NCBI GenBank assembly: GCA_951406725.2
Contig: OX597839.1
Coordinates: 27,218,001-27,282,000, forward strand
Source of the DNA: Octopus vulgaris
Taxonomy: Eukaryota
Direction of reading: 5' to 3'
DNA length: 64,000 bases
Within the stretch, counting starts at the first letter, position 1. Each line of letters starts with the position of its first letter. The position numbers and the translations under genes were made by a program. This document shows positions 15,349 through 27,660 of the stretch, in pieces. The notes under the pieces were generated by a model. It ran no database searches, had not been told where the DNA came from, and saw only the letters and a list, made by a program, of their open reading frames with translations.

Positions 15349-15616
15349 TCTTACGTGAAGTGCACTCTCGGGATGTACAGCATCGGCCTGATCCTCATCA
15401 CATTTGGCGTTGTCAATGCCATCAGTTCTGTTGTCATCGGTTACATTGCCAAACACATCAAACGCTTCGCATTCATCACGGCTGCTGCAACGTTTAATGC
15501 CGGGATTCTTATGGTTCTTAGTCTGTGGAAACCTCAGTCTTTAGACATACCAAACTTTTATGTGATATCTGCCTGTCTTGGCCTTTGCGATGCCATCTGG
15601 CAGACGCAGACGTTTA
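15349..15616 (+). CDS. UNC93A: UNC-93-like protein A (MFS membrane protein), penultimate coding exon
   Basis: Polypyrimidine tract and ttgcAG acceptor ending at 15348. Phase-0 start [27 protein letters not shown]...[13 protein letters not shown] resembles the UNC-93A motifs (SYVTC..G...; G..DA.WQTQ). Donor A|GTAAGT at 15617 is phase 1. Confidence 0.9.
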
Positions 15617-15710
15617 GTAAGTAACACATATTTACATCTACTCTTATACATACATACATACATACATACATACACACATACATACATACATACATACATA
15701 CATACATACA

Positions 15711-15745
<35 letters not shown>

Positions 15746-15829
15746 GTATATGTATATATGTATATATACACACATATATATAGAAGATATATATATATAT
15801 ATATATGTGTGTATATATGTATATATATG

Positions 15830-15862
<33 letters not shown>

Positions 15863-16496
15863 GTGTGTGTGTATATATGTATATATATGTGTATATATAT
15901 ATTGTTCTCTCTCGTTTTTGCTCTCTCCTTCTCTCTCATGTACTTTTTTCTTTATGTTCTGTCTTTCCTGACCTTTCTCTTTTCCTTCTTTCTCCATTTC
16001 TTTCTTCCTTTCTCTCTTTCTTTCCTTCTTTTCCTTTTTTATTCATTCCTTCCTTCCTTCCTTCCTTGTTTTGCTTTTATTCTTTTACTTCAGTCTCATT
16101 TCAAAATGTTTTCAGTGTTTACACACACACAAGTGTATATATACATATATATGTATATGTGTGTGTGTATATATATATATATATATGTGTGTGTATATAT
16201 ATATGTGTGTATGTATGTGTGTATGTATGCCTCTATGTATGTATGTATGTAAATTATTCTCTCTCACTTTTGTTTCTCTCTTAAACAAATGTCAAAATAC
16301 AAAGCAAGAATACCAGAGGCAAGCACCGTTCCTTAATAGACATCACAACAGATTCTCTGAACTCTAATTACCATGTTAATTTATACTAATTTATATATTC
16401 TATGTTTCTCATTAGGGAGAGATTTCAAAAACAAAACCTTTGAAATCATTTGATAATTGTAGAGCTCTTTAATAATAATAATAATAATAGTAATAG

Positions 16497-16530
<34 letters not shown>

Positions 16531-16543
16531 GATGATGATGATG

Positions 16544-16598
<55 letters not shown>

Positions 16599-16600
<2 letters not shown>

Positions 16601-17136
16601 GCCCTGATGCAGTACCAGGCAGTGGCTCACATGGCTTCTGATCTTAACTGATTGGAAGTGTTATCATGTACATTGTTTTGTCTTGGTATAAAAGATGGGC
16701 TACAGCAAATATTCTGCTCAATACCACAGATTTGCTTGTCAGTTGTTTGACCTTAACCAGTTGAGCATGTCCCTTAGTGTCTGACGATATGTGCATCTCT
16801 GATCATGAGCAGAAGTAGTGGGGGAGCATCATAGCCATGTGTTGAGAGGGATTCTTTGGGGGTTTAGATAATTTACTTCTGGAAACATGGGTGTTTCGTT
16901 TAACATATTTAAACAACCCTTATTCAGGGACCTTTTGAGTGGGATGGGCTACTTGACCTGAAGAACATTCCAACTGGGCCCCACCTGCAAGGTCATGCGC
17001 TGTTAATCTTGATATGAGATCACCATGTCACACATATGGTTGTGATGCATGTGCCTGGTGTACCCTTATCAGACAGGTAGATATGATGGGTATACTGGGC
17101 TTCGTATATTTCACCCCAGTGTCACTTTGATGGCAT
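16599..17136 (+). mobile_element. ~550-bp non-coding repeat inserted in (AAT)n
   Basis: atgccctgatgcagtaccaggc...cactttgatggcatg; a second copy lies at 36102-36653 (-), also in TAA-type repeats. Confidence 0.75.
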
Positions 17137-17610
17137 GTGTTGAAAGCTAATAAACCAGATATTATCATAAAAGATCAGACTAAAAGGTTGTGTTTATCAA
17201 TTGACATGAGTATTCCTTGCGATCACAATATAGCAGCGAAAGAATTTGACAAGATCAGTAAATATAAAGACTTGCTAATAGAAATTGAAAAAATGTGGCA
17301 TGTCAAGGCAACTACAGTACCAGTGATTGTAGGAGCTCTGGAAATGATAAAGAAAGGTACTGAAATCTATTTGAAAATGATACCAGGCTTACCATCCCTA
17401 CAGGAATTACAAAAAATTGTGTTAACTGGAATGGCTCATGAACTGAGAAGAACATTATCGCTGTGAAAACAACATCCATTCATGAATTTGTTTATTCATT
17501 AATTTTTTAAATACATATTTTACCTGTGAATTTGTGTGTGTAATCTGGGAATGCATACAATGAGCTTCTCTGCCCTAGGTGTACGGAAAACACCCAGCGA
17601 GAAACAGAAG
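17137..17610 (+). mobile_element. R4/Dong-like non-LTR retrotransposon 3' end (restriction-like endonuclease)
   Basis: KANKPDIIIKD...IDMSIP...KEFDKISKYKDL...VPVIVGAL...LQKIVLTG..HELRRTLSL* is a PD-(D/E)xK RLE domain; short 3' UTR then (AAT)n. Confidence 0.85.
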
Positions 17611-17665
<55 letters not shown>

Positions 17666-17865
17666 TAATAATAATAATAATAATGAAAATAATAATAATA
17701 ATGATAGTTGGAGTCATGGAGTCGGAGTCACGGAGTCGGAGTCACAGAGTCAGAGTTGGAGCTGGAAGCAATTAAGGGGTAGCTTGAGTCAGAGTCAGAG
17801 TCGGTGAAACTATTCTGATTCTGATTTTGACTCACAATGTCTTTATTCTTTGTTCTTTAATATAA

Positions 17866-18330
17866 GTGCAGGTGTGGCTGTGTGGTAAGTAGCTTGCTTC
17901 CCAACCACACGGTTCCAGGTTCAGTCCCACTGCGTGGCACCTAGGGCAAGTGTCTTCTACTGTAGCCTCGGGCCGACCAAAGCCTTCAGAGTGAATTTGG
18001 TAAATGGAAACTGAAAGAAGCCTGTTGTATGTATATGTGTGTGCGTGCATGCGTGTGTGTGTGTGTGTGTGTGAGTGTGTGTGTGTGTGTGTGTGTGTAT
18101 TTGTGTGTGTGTGTTTGTCTCTCTCACCATCGCTTGACGCTGATGTTGGTCTCTCTCACCATCGCTCGACGCTGATGTTGGTGTGTTTATGTCCTTGCAA
18201 CTTTGCGGTCTGGGAAAAGAGAGTGATATTAGGCTTTCAAACAAGAAGTCCTGGGGTCAGTTTCTTTGATTAAACAACGCTCCAGCGTGGCCACAGTCAA
18301 ATGACTGAAACAAGTAAAAGAATAAAAGAA
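17866..18330 (+). mobile_element. SINE family A, full length
   Basis: Head gtggctgtgtggtaag through tail gactgaaacaagtaaaagaat. Confidence 0.8.
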
Positions 18331-18410
18331 TACACAAGCATTTGTAGTCTATATAATTGTATGTATATATACATATATACATATACATCTATATATATAT
18401 ATACATATAC

Positions 18411-18441
<31 letters not shown>

Positions 18442-18522
18442 CATATATACATATACATCTATATATATATACATATACATATATACATATATACATATAC
18501 ATATATATATATATACATATGC

Positions 18523-18594
<72 letters not shown>

Positions 18595-18602
18595 ATATAT
18601 AC

Positions 18603-18681
<79 letters not shown>

Positions 18682-18692
18682 TATATACATAT

Positions 18693-18725
<33 letters not shown>

Positions 18726-18769
18726 TATATATGTGTATGTATGTATGTATGTATGTATATATGTATGTA

Positions 18770-18818
<49 letters not shown>

Positions 18819-18901
18819 GTATATGTATATATATATTTATATATGTATATATATATGTATATGTATATATATATTTATATATATATATATGTATGTATGT
18901 A

Positions 18902-18944
<43 letters not shown>

Positions 18945-19527
18945 GTATATATATATATAGGTGTGTATATATGTGTATGTGTGTGTAAAAGACTATTTAT
19001 ATACAGAATGAAATGTTAGATGCATTGATGAGTGAATGAATAATTTCTTCTAAATTCTATAACACACACACACACACACATATATATATGTGTGCGTGTG
19101 TGTATGTGAATGTGTGTGTATGTGTGTTTGTGTTTTAATGTATTGAAAGCCATGATTGTGTTGAAGTCACCATTAATAAGCGTCCTGTCTCTGGTTAGCA
19201 TTTTTTTTCTTTTTTCTTTGTTTTTTTTATTCTACATTTTGTTGTTACCAGGGAAATATCAAGAATTATATTTAGCTCTCACTTACAACTTCACAATCTC
19301 ATTGTCCCTCTCACTACTCCTCCCCCCCCCCCGCTACCCCCACCTTCGTGTGTGGTTCTCATTCAGTTTATATATGTGTGTTTGTATTTATAAATGTTTA
19401 TGTATATATATATATATATAGTAAATAGATAAATAAACAGATAGATAGATAGATGTACATACTCATACACACACACATATATATGTGTTTGTAAATATAT
19501 ATATATATATATAGATGTTTGTTTGTA

Positions 19528-19566
<39 letters not shown>

Positions 19567-19610
19567 GGGAGAGATATATATACATATGCACACACACAAT
19601 CTCACACATA

Positions 19611-19669
<59 letters not shown>

Positions 19670-19716
19670 TCATCATCGTTTAACGTCCGCTTTCCATGCT
19701 AGCATGGGTTGGACTA

Positions 19717-19749
<33 letters not shown>

Positions 19750-19773
19750 ATATATATATACATATATATAAAG

Positions 19774-19812
<39 letters not shown>

Positions 19813-19950
19813 GGGAGATGTACTCGCATAGCAAGTAATTTGATCTGAGATCGTGTGCTGAAACGAAAACAATTGCAGCGTGGAAGGTGTTTATAAGCCA
19901 TTTAAGAAACACACAAAAGCCATTCGATTCACTCCAACATTTAAGCTTAA

Positions 19951-20000
19951 TTTGTCAAAATATTTTCGTCGCTAAAATCCGCGACCTGTTCACTGACAAA
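19951..20000 (-). ncRNA. hammerhead-like ribozyme with G3-C8 core variant (family H3)
   Basis: TTTGTCA GTGAACA G GTCGC GGATTTTA GCGAC GAA AATATT T TGACAAA: 7-bp stem I, 5-bp stem II, palindromic stem III. Confidence 0.6.
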
Positions 20001-20012
20001 GTCCGTGCTGCA

Positions 20013-20288
20013 CGGGCAGTGGACTCGAGGTCGCAGGATCGCGTTTTCGATTCCCAGACCGGGTGTTGTGACTGTCTATTGAGCAAAAAAGCTCCACGAG
20101 GCTCCAGCAGGGGGTGGTGGCGATCCCTGCAGTACTCTTTCACCACTCTTTCTCTCACTCTTTCTTCTGTTGGCCTGCTCGCTTAGCCAGCGGGGTGGCG
20201 TCATTCGAAGACTAAAACAATGCGAACGCATTGTGACCAGCGATGTGTGACAACATCTGATGGTCTGGTCGGTCACGTGATCACGTGG
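20013..20288 (+). mobile_element. tRNA-derived SINE family C, tail type 1 (5'-truncated)
   Basis: Matches 25039-25347. Confidence 0.75.
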
Positions 20289-20322
<34 letters not shown>

Positions 20323-20327
20323 CATGT

Positions 20328-20579
20328 GTATTGCTACTATTATGCAAAAGTGTTGTAAGTCCAAAACGTTGTTTTTTCAGAAAACGAACAAACAGTTTCG
20401 CCATTCCATAGTAAAACCGTTGTACTACGCTTTGAGAATTTTTGATCTCTTGGCATCTGAAGCAGCTGGAGATACGATAGTTTGACCAAAAGAACCAGCT
20501 ATTGCAAGTAGAAATAAATATTGAAAAAAAGGCATTTTGGCCAAATTTGGACATACGACAGTTTGACATAATAGCAACG
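20328..20579. mobile_element. MITE with ~33-bp imperfect TIRs
   Basis: ctattatgcaaaagtgttgtaagtccaaa ... tttggacatacgacagtttgacataatag. Confidence 0.5.
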
Positions 20580-20821
20580 AGAGATATATATATATATATA
20601 TATGTATATGTATGCATGTATGTATGTATGTATGTATGTATATATATGATGGGTGTCTTACACGTTCTGTCTACCAGATCCATGCAAAAGGCTTTGGTTA
20701 ACCCAAGGCTATTGTAGAAGACACTTGCCCAAGATGCCATGCCATGTGACTGAACCCAAGTCCATGTGGCTGGGAAGCACACGCTTTACCATACAGCCAC
20801 ACATGCACCTATCACCACCGC

Positions 20822-20855
<34 letters not shown>

Positions 20856-21120
20856 GTCATCATCACCACCATCATCATTATTTTAACATCTACTACTCTG
20901 TGCTTGCATGGGTTAGATGGAATTTGTTCTTGAGGCAGATTTTCTACAGCTGGGATACTCTTCCTGCACCAACCCCCTTCTGCTTCCATGTGAGGGGGAT
21001 AATATTTCTCTAGTGGCCGGACATGTCTTCATGAAAGATTGCAAAGGAAGGCTGTATGATGGTCATGTTTCTTTACGATCATACGGTGTCAAGACAAGGA
21101 CACACACACACACACGCATG

Positions 21121-21497
21121 GGATGATGGAAGCACTCCGTTGGTTACGACGACGAGGGTTCCGGTTGATCCGATCAATGGAACAGCCTGCTCGTGAAATT
21201 AACGTGTAAGTGGCTGAGCACTCCACAGACACGTGTACCCTTAACGTAGTTCTCGGGGATATTCAGCGTGACACAGAGAGTGACAAGGCCGGCCCTTTGA
21301 AATACAGGTACAACAGAAACAGGATGTAAGAGTGAGAGAAAGTTGTGGCGAAAGAGTACAGCAGGGATCACCACCACCCCCTGCCGGAGCCTCGTGGAGC
21401 TTTCTTAGGTGTTTTCGCTCAATAAACGCTCACAACGCCCGGTCTGCGAATCGAAACCGCGAGTCCGCTGCCGTAACCACTGGGCCATTGCGCCTCC
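21121..21497 (-). mobile_element. SINE family C, tail type 2
   Basis: Head ggaggcgcaatggcccagtggtta...ggtttcgattc is shared with 25039; the 3' tail is shared with 39874-40174. Confidence 0.8.
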
Positions 21498-22377
21498 ACA
21501 CACACGCATACTCACTCAGACACATAAAACATGGTGTTCATCAGCGAAAGGCCTTGTAGAGAACATCTGCCCTAAATGTCACATACCATATATGTACATA
21601 CGACGTGTGTGTGTGTGTGTGTGTGTGTCTGGTGGTGCTACAGACACCATCACTGCTCTATATGTGTTTGGTGGTGGTGGTGGTGACCATATCACTAGTA
21701 GGTGGTGGTGGTGGTGGTGGTTGTAGCAGTAGAAGTCATAGTAGTTGTAGTGGTGGTGGTTGAAGTGGTGGTGATGGTAGTTGTAATAGTAGTAGTAGTA
21801 GTAGTAGTAGTAGCAGCACTGGTGGTGGTTGTAGTAGTAGCAGTGGTGTTGGTACTGGTGTTGGTGGTGGTGGTTGTAGCAGTAGTAGTCATAGTAGTTT
21901 GTAGTGGTGGTGGTTGAAGTGGTGGTGGTTGAAGTGGTGGTGATGGTAGTTGTAGTAGTAGTAGTAGTAGTAGTAGCAATAGTGGTGATGATGGTGGTGG
22001 TCATAATGGTTTTGGTTGTAGTTGTAGTAGTAGCAGTGGGGTGGTGATGGCGGCAGTGGTGGTGGTGGCAGTTGTAGAATTAGTAAGTAGTAGTAGTAGT
22101 AGTAGTAGTAATTATCGTAAAACACTGTTAATTCCAAATATTTGAGTCAACCAATCAATGACGAGAAACACTTCCTGGACTTGCACACATTTCATTGGTC
22201 CATTGCTGCCCTCCTCCTCCTCTTCCTCCCCACCATCTTCTTCTTCTTGGTGTCTTTTTTTTATCTCTATATATACTTTCTGCTCTTCTTCATCTTGTTA
22301 CTGCTGCTGCTGTCGATGGTGGTGGTCGTGCTTCTGCTCTTCTTGTCCATGTTGCTCTTGTTGTTGCTGTTCTGGCT

Positions 22378-22428
<51 letters not shown>

Positions 22429-23537
22429 GCCTCTTCGTCTTCTTCTTCTTCTTCTTCTTCCTCCTCATCCTCCTCTCCATCCTGCCTCATCTCCCCACCC
22501 CTTCCTCCTCTCCCCACCCCTTCCACCTCTCCCCACCCCCACCCCCACCCCATCCTCCTCCATTCTCCTCTTCTTCCTCCTCCTCTCCATCCTGCCCTTC
22601 TTCCTGCCTCCTCTCCCTACCCCCTTCTTCCTCCTCCTCATCCTCCGTTCTCCTCTCCCCACCCCTTCTTCTTCTTCTTCTTCTTCTTCTTCTTCTTCTT
22701 CTTCTTCTTCTCCTTCTTCTTCTTCATCTTGTTCTTCTTCTATTGCCGTCACCATGCAGTTGACAGGCTCACGAGCAGACAAGAGTGGTCAGCTTCATTA
22801 CCAGTGGGTGAGGGGATTGAACCATTAGAAGCGGGGGTCAGGGGTCGGCAGTAGTGCAGGTTTTGGCAGAGGTCCCACCTGGCTACTCACATGTTGTCAG
22901 GTGAGGCGAGAGAAGGATGTAACAAAAGTGCAGGTGTTGCAAAAGATAAGGTAATGGTGGACGAGATGCCCCGAGTGGCCCCGGAAGGTGAGTTGAAGAA
23001 CTGCAAGCAAGGGGAACGAGGGGAGATTAGGAGGCAGACTACCAAAATGTGTAGGGTGGAAGGGTTCAATGAGCAATGATCTAGGAGTTAGGGGGACACG
23101 GAGGGATGCTGAAGAGACAAGGAGGGGTGAGAATGGGCAAGTTATTGGAAGTGGAGAGGACAAGAGGGCCATTAGGAAGGGCTTCCAGCTGTAGAAACCA
23201 TTCCAAATCAGACTGGAACCTGGTGCAGCTCTCTGGCTTAACAGTTCCAGTCGAACTGTCTAACCCATGCCAGCATGGAAAACAAATGCAGAATGAAGAT
23301 GAGGATGATGATGATGGTGATAATGATGATATATATATATAAAGTGTGGTAATAGCAGGAGTAAAGCATTTGAAATGAGAGAGGCAAATCGGCTGGGGTT
23401 GACATGGCTGGTAGTCTGCAAGAGACAGGGAGAAGAAGCAGGGGATCTTTGTTGTTAGAATCATTGTCTCCAATTTTGTTCCAATTATTTACATTATTTA
23501 CATTTGACGGATATTTGTCCTCATCTTGTTTGTTGTT

Positions 23538-23583
23538 AACACAACGTTTCAGCTGATATACCCTCCAGCCTTCATCAGGTGTC
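23538..23583 (-). ncRNA. minimal hammerhead-like ribozyme (family H1)
   Basis: GACAC CTGATGA A GGCTG GAGGGTATAT CAGCT GAAAC GTT GTGTT: canonical CUGAUGA core, palindromic ACGT stem III. Confidence 0.72.
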
Positions 23584-23639
23584 TTGGGAAAATTTCGACC
23601 CTGGGTTCTCATTCCTAAAGTATTTTTCCATTGTTTTAT

Positions 23640-23851
23640 TCTTTTATTCCTTTATTTGTTTCAGTCATTTGACTGTGGCCATCCTGGAGCACTGCCTTTA
23701 GTCGAGCAAATTGACCCCAGGACTTATTCTTTGTAAGCCTAGTACTTGTGTTATCGGTGTCTTTTGCCGAACCGCTAAGTTACGGGGATGTAAACATAAC
23801 AACATTGGTTGTCAAGCAATGGTAGAGGGACAAACACAGAAATAGACACAC

Positions 23852-23883
<32 letters not shown>

Positions 23884-24205
23884 GGCGTTAGGAAGGGCAT
23901 CCAGCTGTAGAAACATTGCCAGATAAGACTGGAGCCTGGTGCAGCCTTCTGGCTTCCCAGATCCCCGGTCGAACCGTCTAACCCATGCTAGCATGGAGAA
24001 CGGACGTTAAACGATGATGATGATGATGATGATGATATATACAATGGGCTTCTTTCAGTTTCCGTCTACCAAATCCACTCACAATGCTTTGGTTGGCCCA
24101 AGGCTATAGTTGTAGACACTTGCCCAAGGTGCCACGCAGTGGGACTGAACCCGGAGCTATGTGGTTGGTAAGCAAGCTACTTACCACACAGCCACTCCTG
24201 TGCCT
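23640..24205 (-). mobile_element. SINE family A with nested RTE-like segment, inserted into the (AAT)n linker of an H1 element
   Basis: SINE-A tail near 23640 and head near 24205; an opposite-strand insert occupies 23883-24035. Confidence 0.75.
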
Positions 24206-24206
24206 A

Positions 24207-24258
<52 letters not shown>

Positions 24259-25038
24259 TTCACTGCTTGGAATCGAACTTGCAATCTTGGGGTTAGTAGC
24301 AAACAAGATGAGGACAAATATCCATCAAATGTAACTAATGTACATAATTCCTCATCTCTAAAATATAGAACTGCATTTGTTCCAATTGTTTTCAAATTTG
24401 GCAAATGGATTAAGTTTTTATCTACTAATTATGAAAATGGATATCATTTTTTCTATAAATTTATAATTAAAAAATATTTAGACTATAAAATTTGCAAAAT
24501 TTGGGTATTTTAGCCAATTAGAAGCGAGTATTTTACACATCACCGTGAAGTTCTGTTACCATAGTGAGCAAAGAACTCTATTTCCATAGTAACGAAGGAG
24601 CGTAAGCACCACATGTTCCATAATTGTTTTCATAACAGTAGGAATTCGATTTGAGAATGGTAGAGAGATTCCCACTCCCCGTTTCTCACTTCTGTGACAA
24701 ATAATAGAAGAGGCAGCGAACCTGCTGTTTTCTGATTGGCTGAAAATTCTGAAGATCATCAGACTTTGAACACTTGTTACATTTGCACAAATTTTTTCTG
24801 GAATAAATGAATAACAATTTCGGATTCAGCGTCACAAATGACATTCTTTTATTCTTTTACTTGCTTCAGTCATTTGACCGTGGCCATGCTGGAGCACCGC
24901 CTTTAATCGAACCAGATGGCTGCACTAGGCTCCAATCCAATCTGGCAAGTTTTCTACAGTTGGATGCCTTTCCAAATGCCAACCACTCCGAGAGTGTAAT
25001 GGGTACTTTTTATATTATCAAATATATATATATATATG

Positions 25039-25347
25039 TGGAGGCGCAATGGCCCAGTGGTTAGGGCAGCGGACTCGCAGTCGTAGGATCGCGGTTTCGA
25101 TTCCCAGACCGGGCATTGTGAGTGTTTATTGAGCAAAAACACCTGAAGCTCCACGAGGCTCCGGCAGGGGCTGGTGGCGACCCCTGCTGTACTCCTTCGC
25201 CACAACTTCCTCTCACTCTTTCTTCTGTTGGCCTGCTCACTTAGCCAGCGAGGTGGCATCATTTGAAGGCTAAAACAATGCGAAGCGCATTGTGACCAGC
25301 GATGTGTAGCAACATCTGATAGCCTGGTTGGTCACGGTGACGGTGAT
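25039..25347 (+). mobile_element. SINE family C, tail type 1, full length
   Basis: A-box TGGCCCAGTGG, B-box GTTTCGATTCC, tail ...gcattgtgaccagcgatgtgtagcaacatctgatagcctggttggtcacggtga. Confidence 0.8.
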
Positions 25348-25903
25348 ATATATATATACACGATGGGCTTCCACTCAGTTTCTGCCTACCTGGTCAGTCT
25401 GGAGCTGACCAATACCTTGTGCATATGTGACCAGTGGTTATAGCAGAAGAAAGATACTTGCCCAAGGTTTCATGCTGTGGCACTGAATCCCAAACCTCAC
25501 CGATCTTGTGTTGTTTTTCGGTGGCGGGCATCACCAGTATATTGATGAATGGTACTCCAAGCACACCCTACTTAACCTGTGAGTGGTGGTGGTCACCAAT
25601 ATATATTTATATATTTATAACACTTCAATAATTTCTTCTTGGAAAGCAACTTTGCCAAGAGAAAAATTGGGCTATTTTTTTGATTTTTTTCGTTGTTGTT
25701 GTTATTATCGCTATTGTTGTCATTGCTGTTTTTGTTGTTGTTGTTGTTGTTGTTGTTGCTATTATTATTTCGGAAGAGAATAGCCCCCACCCCCACCCCA
25801 CCCAACCCCACCAAAAAACAAATAACATTTTGGCTTCCTTTTCCTTTGGTTTATATTCTATTACTGAAATATGAAAGAAAAACTGTTTTTATCGCTATTA
25901 TTA

Positions 25904-25976
<73 letters not shown>

Positions 25977-26008
25977 CATCATAATCATCATCATCATCAT
26001 CATAATCA

Positions 26009-26072
<64 letters not shown>

Positions 26073-26351
26073 TATTATTATTATTATTATTATTATCATC
26101 ATTATTATTATCATAATCATTATTATTATTGTTATTATTGTTATTATGATTATTATTATTATTGTTGTTATTGTAAGGCAATGTTCTTACTTTATTCATT
26201 ATTGGATATGAGTGTGTGTGTGTGTGTGTCTGTCTGTCTGTCTGTTTTCCCTTTTTGTCTCTGGGCAATGGCAGATTTGGCAAACCAATGAAGTAAAAAA
26301 ACAATATCGAAATATAGCACAATACACACACACATTAACATCATCATCATC

Positions 26352-26406
<55 letters not shown>

Positions 26407-26520
26407 CACATATACACACACATATATGGATGTATGCATGTGTGTGTGTATATGTAATATATATGTGTGCGGTGTGAGTATACATGTGTTTGAGTATATA
26501 TAAATATATATATACACACA

Positions 26521-26577
<57 letters not shown>

Positions 26578-26926
26578 CTAGATAGATACATAGACAGATA
26601 GATATAGATAGTTTCCTACACACATACATAGATACGTATGTGTATGTCTGTATGTGTGTATGTATGTATATATATATGTGTGTGTGTGTGTGCATGTTTA
26701 TATATATATGTGTGTGTATGTATATGTAAATATATGCATATATATATTTATATAAATGTACGTTGTATGTATAATATATATAGATATATATATATATATA
26801 TATATATGTACGTATGCATAATAATATATGTGACGTGTGAGTTTGAATACATTCCTGCACATATATATATATATATATATACATGCATGGACACGGCTGC
26901 ATATGTGTATATGCATCCCATGTGTT

Positions 26927-26969
<43 letters not shown>

Positions 26970-27042
26970 ACTGCCAGCTCCGTTAAATCTATTGACATCT
27001 GGCACAACTTCTTTGCTTGAAGTACACATCAATCTGCTGCAC

Positions 27043-27660
27043 TCATCATCATCATCATCATCACCGTCATCATGACCACCACCACCACCACCATCATCAT
27101 CGTCATCATCACCACCATCATCACCACCATCACCACCATCATCATCGTCATCACCACCATCATCATCATCATCATCACCACCATCATCATCATCGTCACC
27201 ACCACCACCACCACCATCATCATCACCACCATCATCATCATCATCATCACCACCACCACCATCACCATCACCACCATCATCATCATATTCATCATAACCA
27301 TCACCACCACCACCACCATCACCATCACCACCATCACCATCACCATCATCATCATCATCATCAACGTCATCACCACCACCACCATCACCATCATCTTCAT
27401 CATAACCATCACCACCACCACCATCACCATCATCATCATCATCATCACCACCATCACCACCATCATCACCACCATCACCATCGTCATCACCACCATCATC
27501 ATCATCATCATCACCACCATCATCATCATCGTCACCACCACCAACACCAACACCATCACCACCATCACCACCATCATCATCTTCATCATAACCATCATCA
27601 TCCCCCTCACCACCATCATCATCATTATCATCATCATCATCACCATCATCATCATCATTA
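27043..27660. repeat. (CAT/CAC)n compound trinucleotide tract
   Basis: Read directly from the sequence. Confidence 0.95.

Noticed and set aside
22790-23166. Purine-rich unique segment as an exon or retroelement ORF
   Set aside because: No frame gave a recognisable motif; left unassigned.
25039-25112. Genuine tRNA gene
   Set aside because: A and B boxes are present but run into a repeated SINE body; I could not build a clean cloverleaf.
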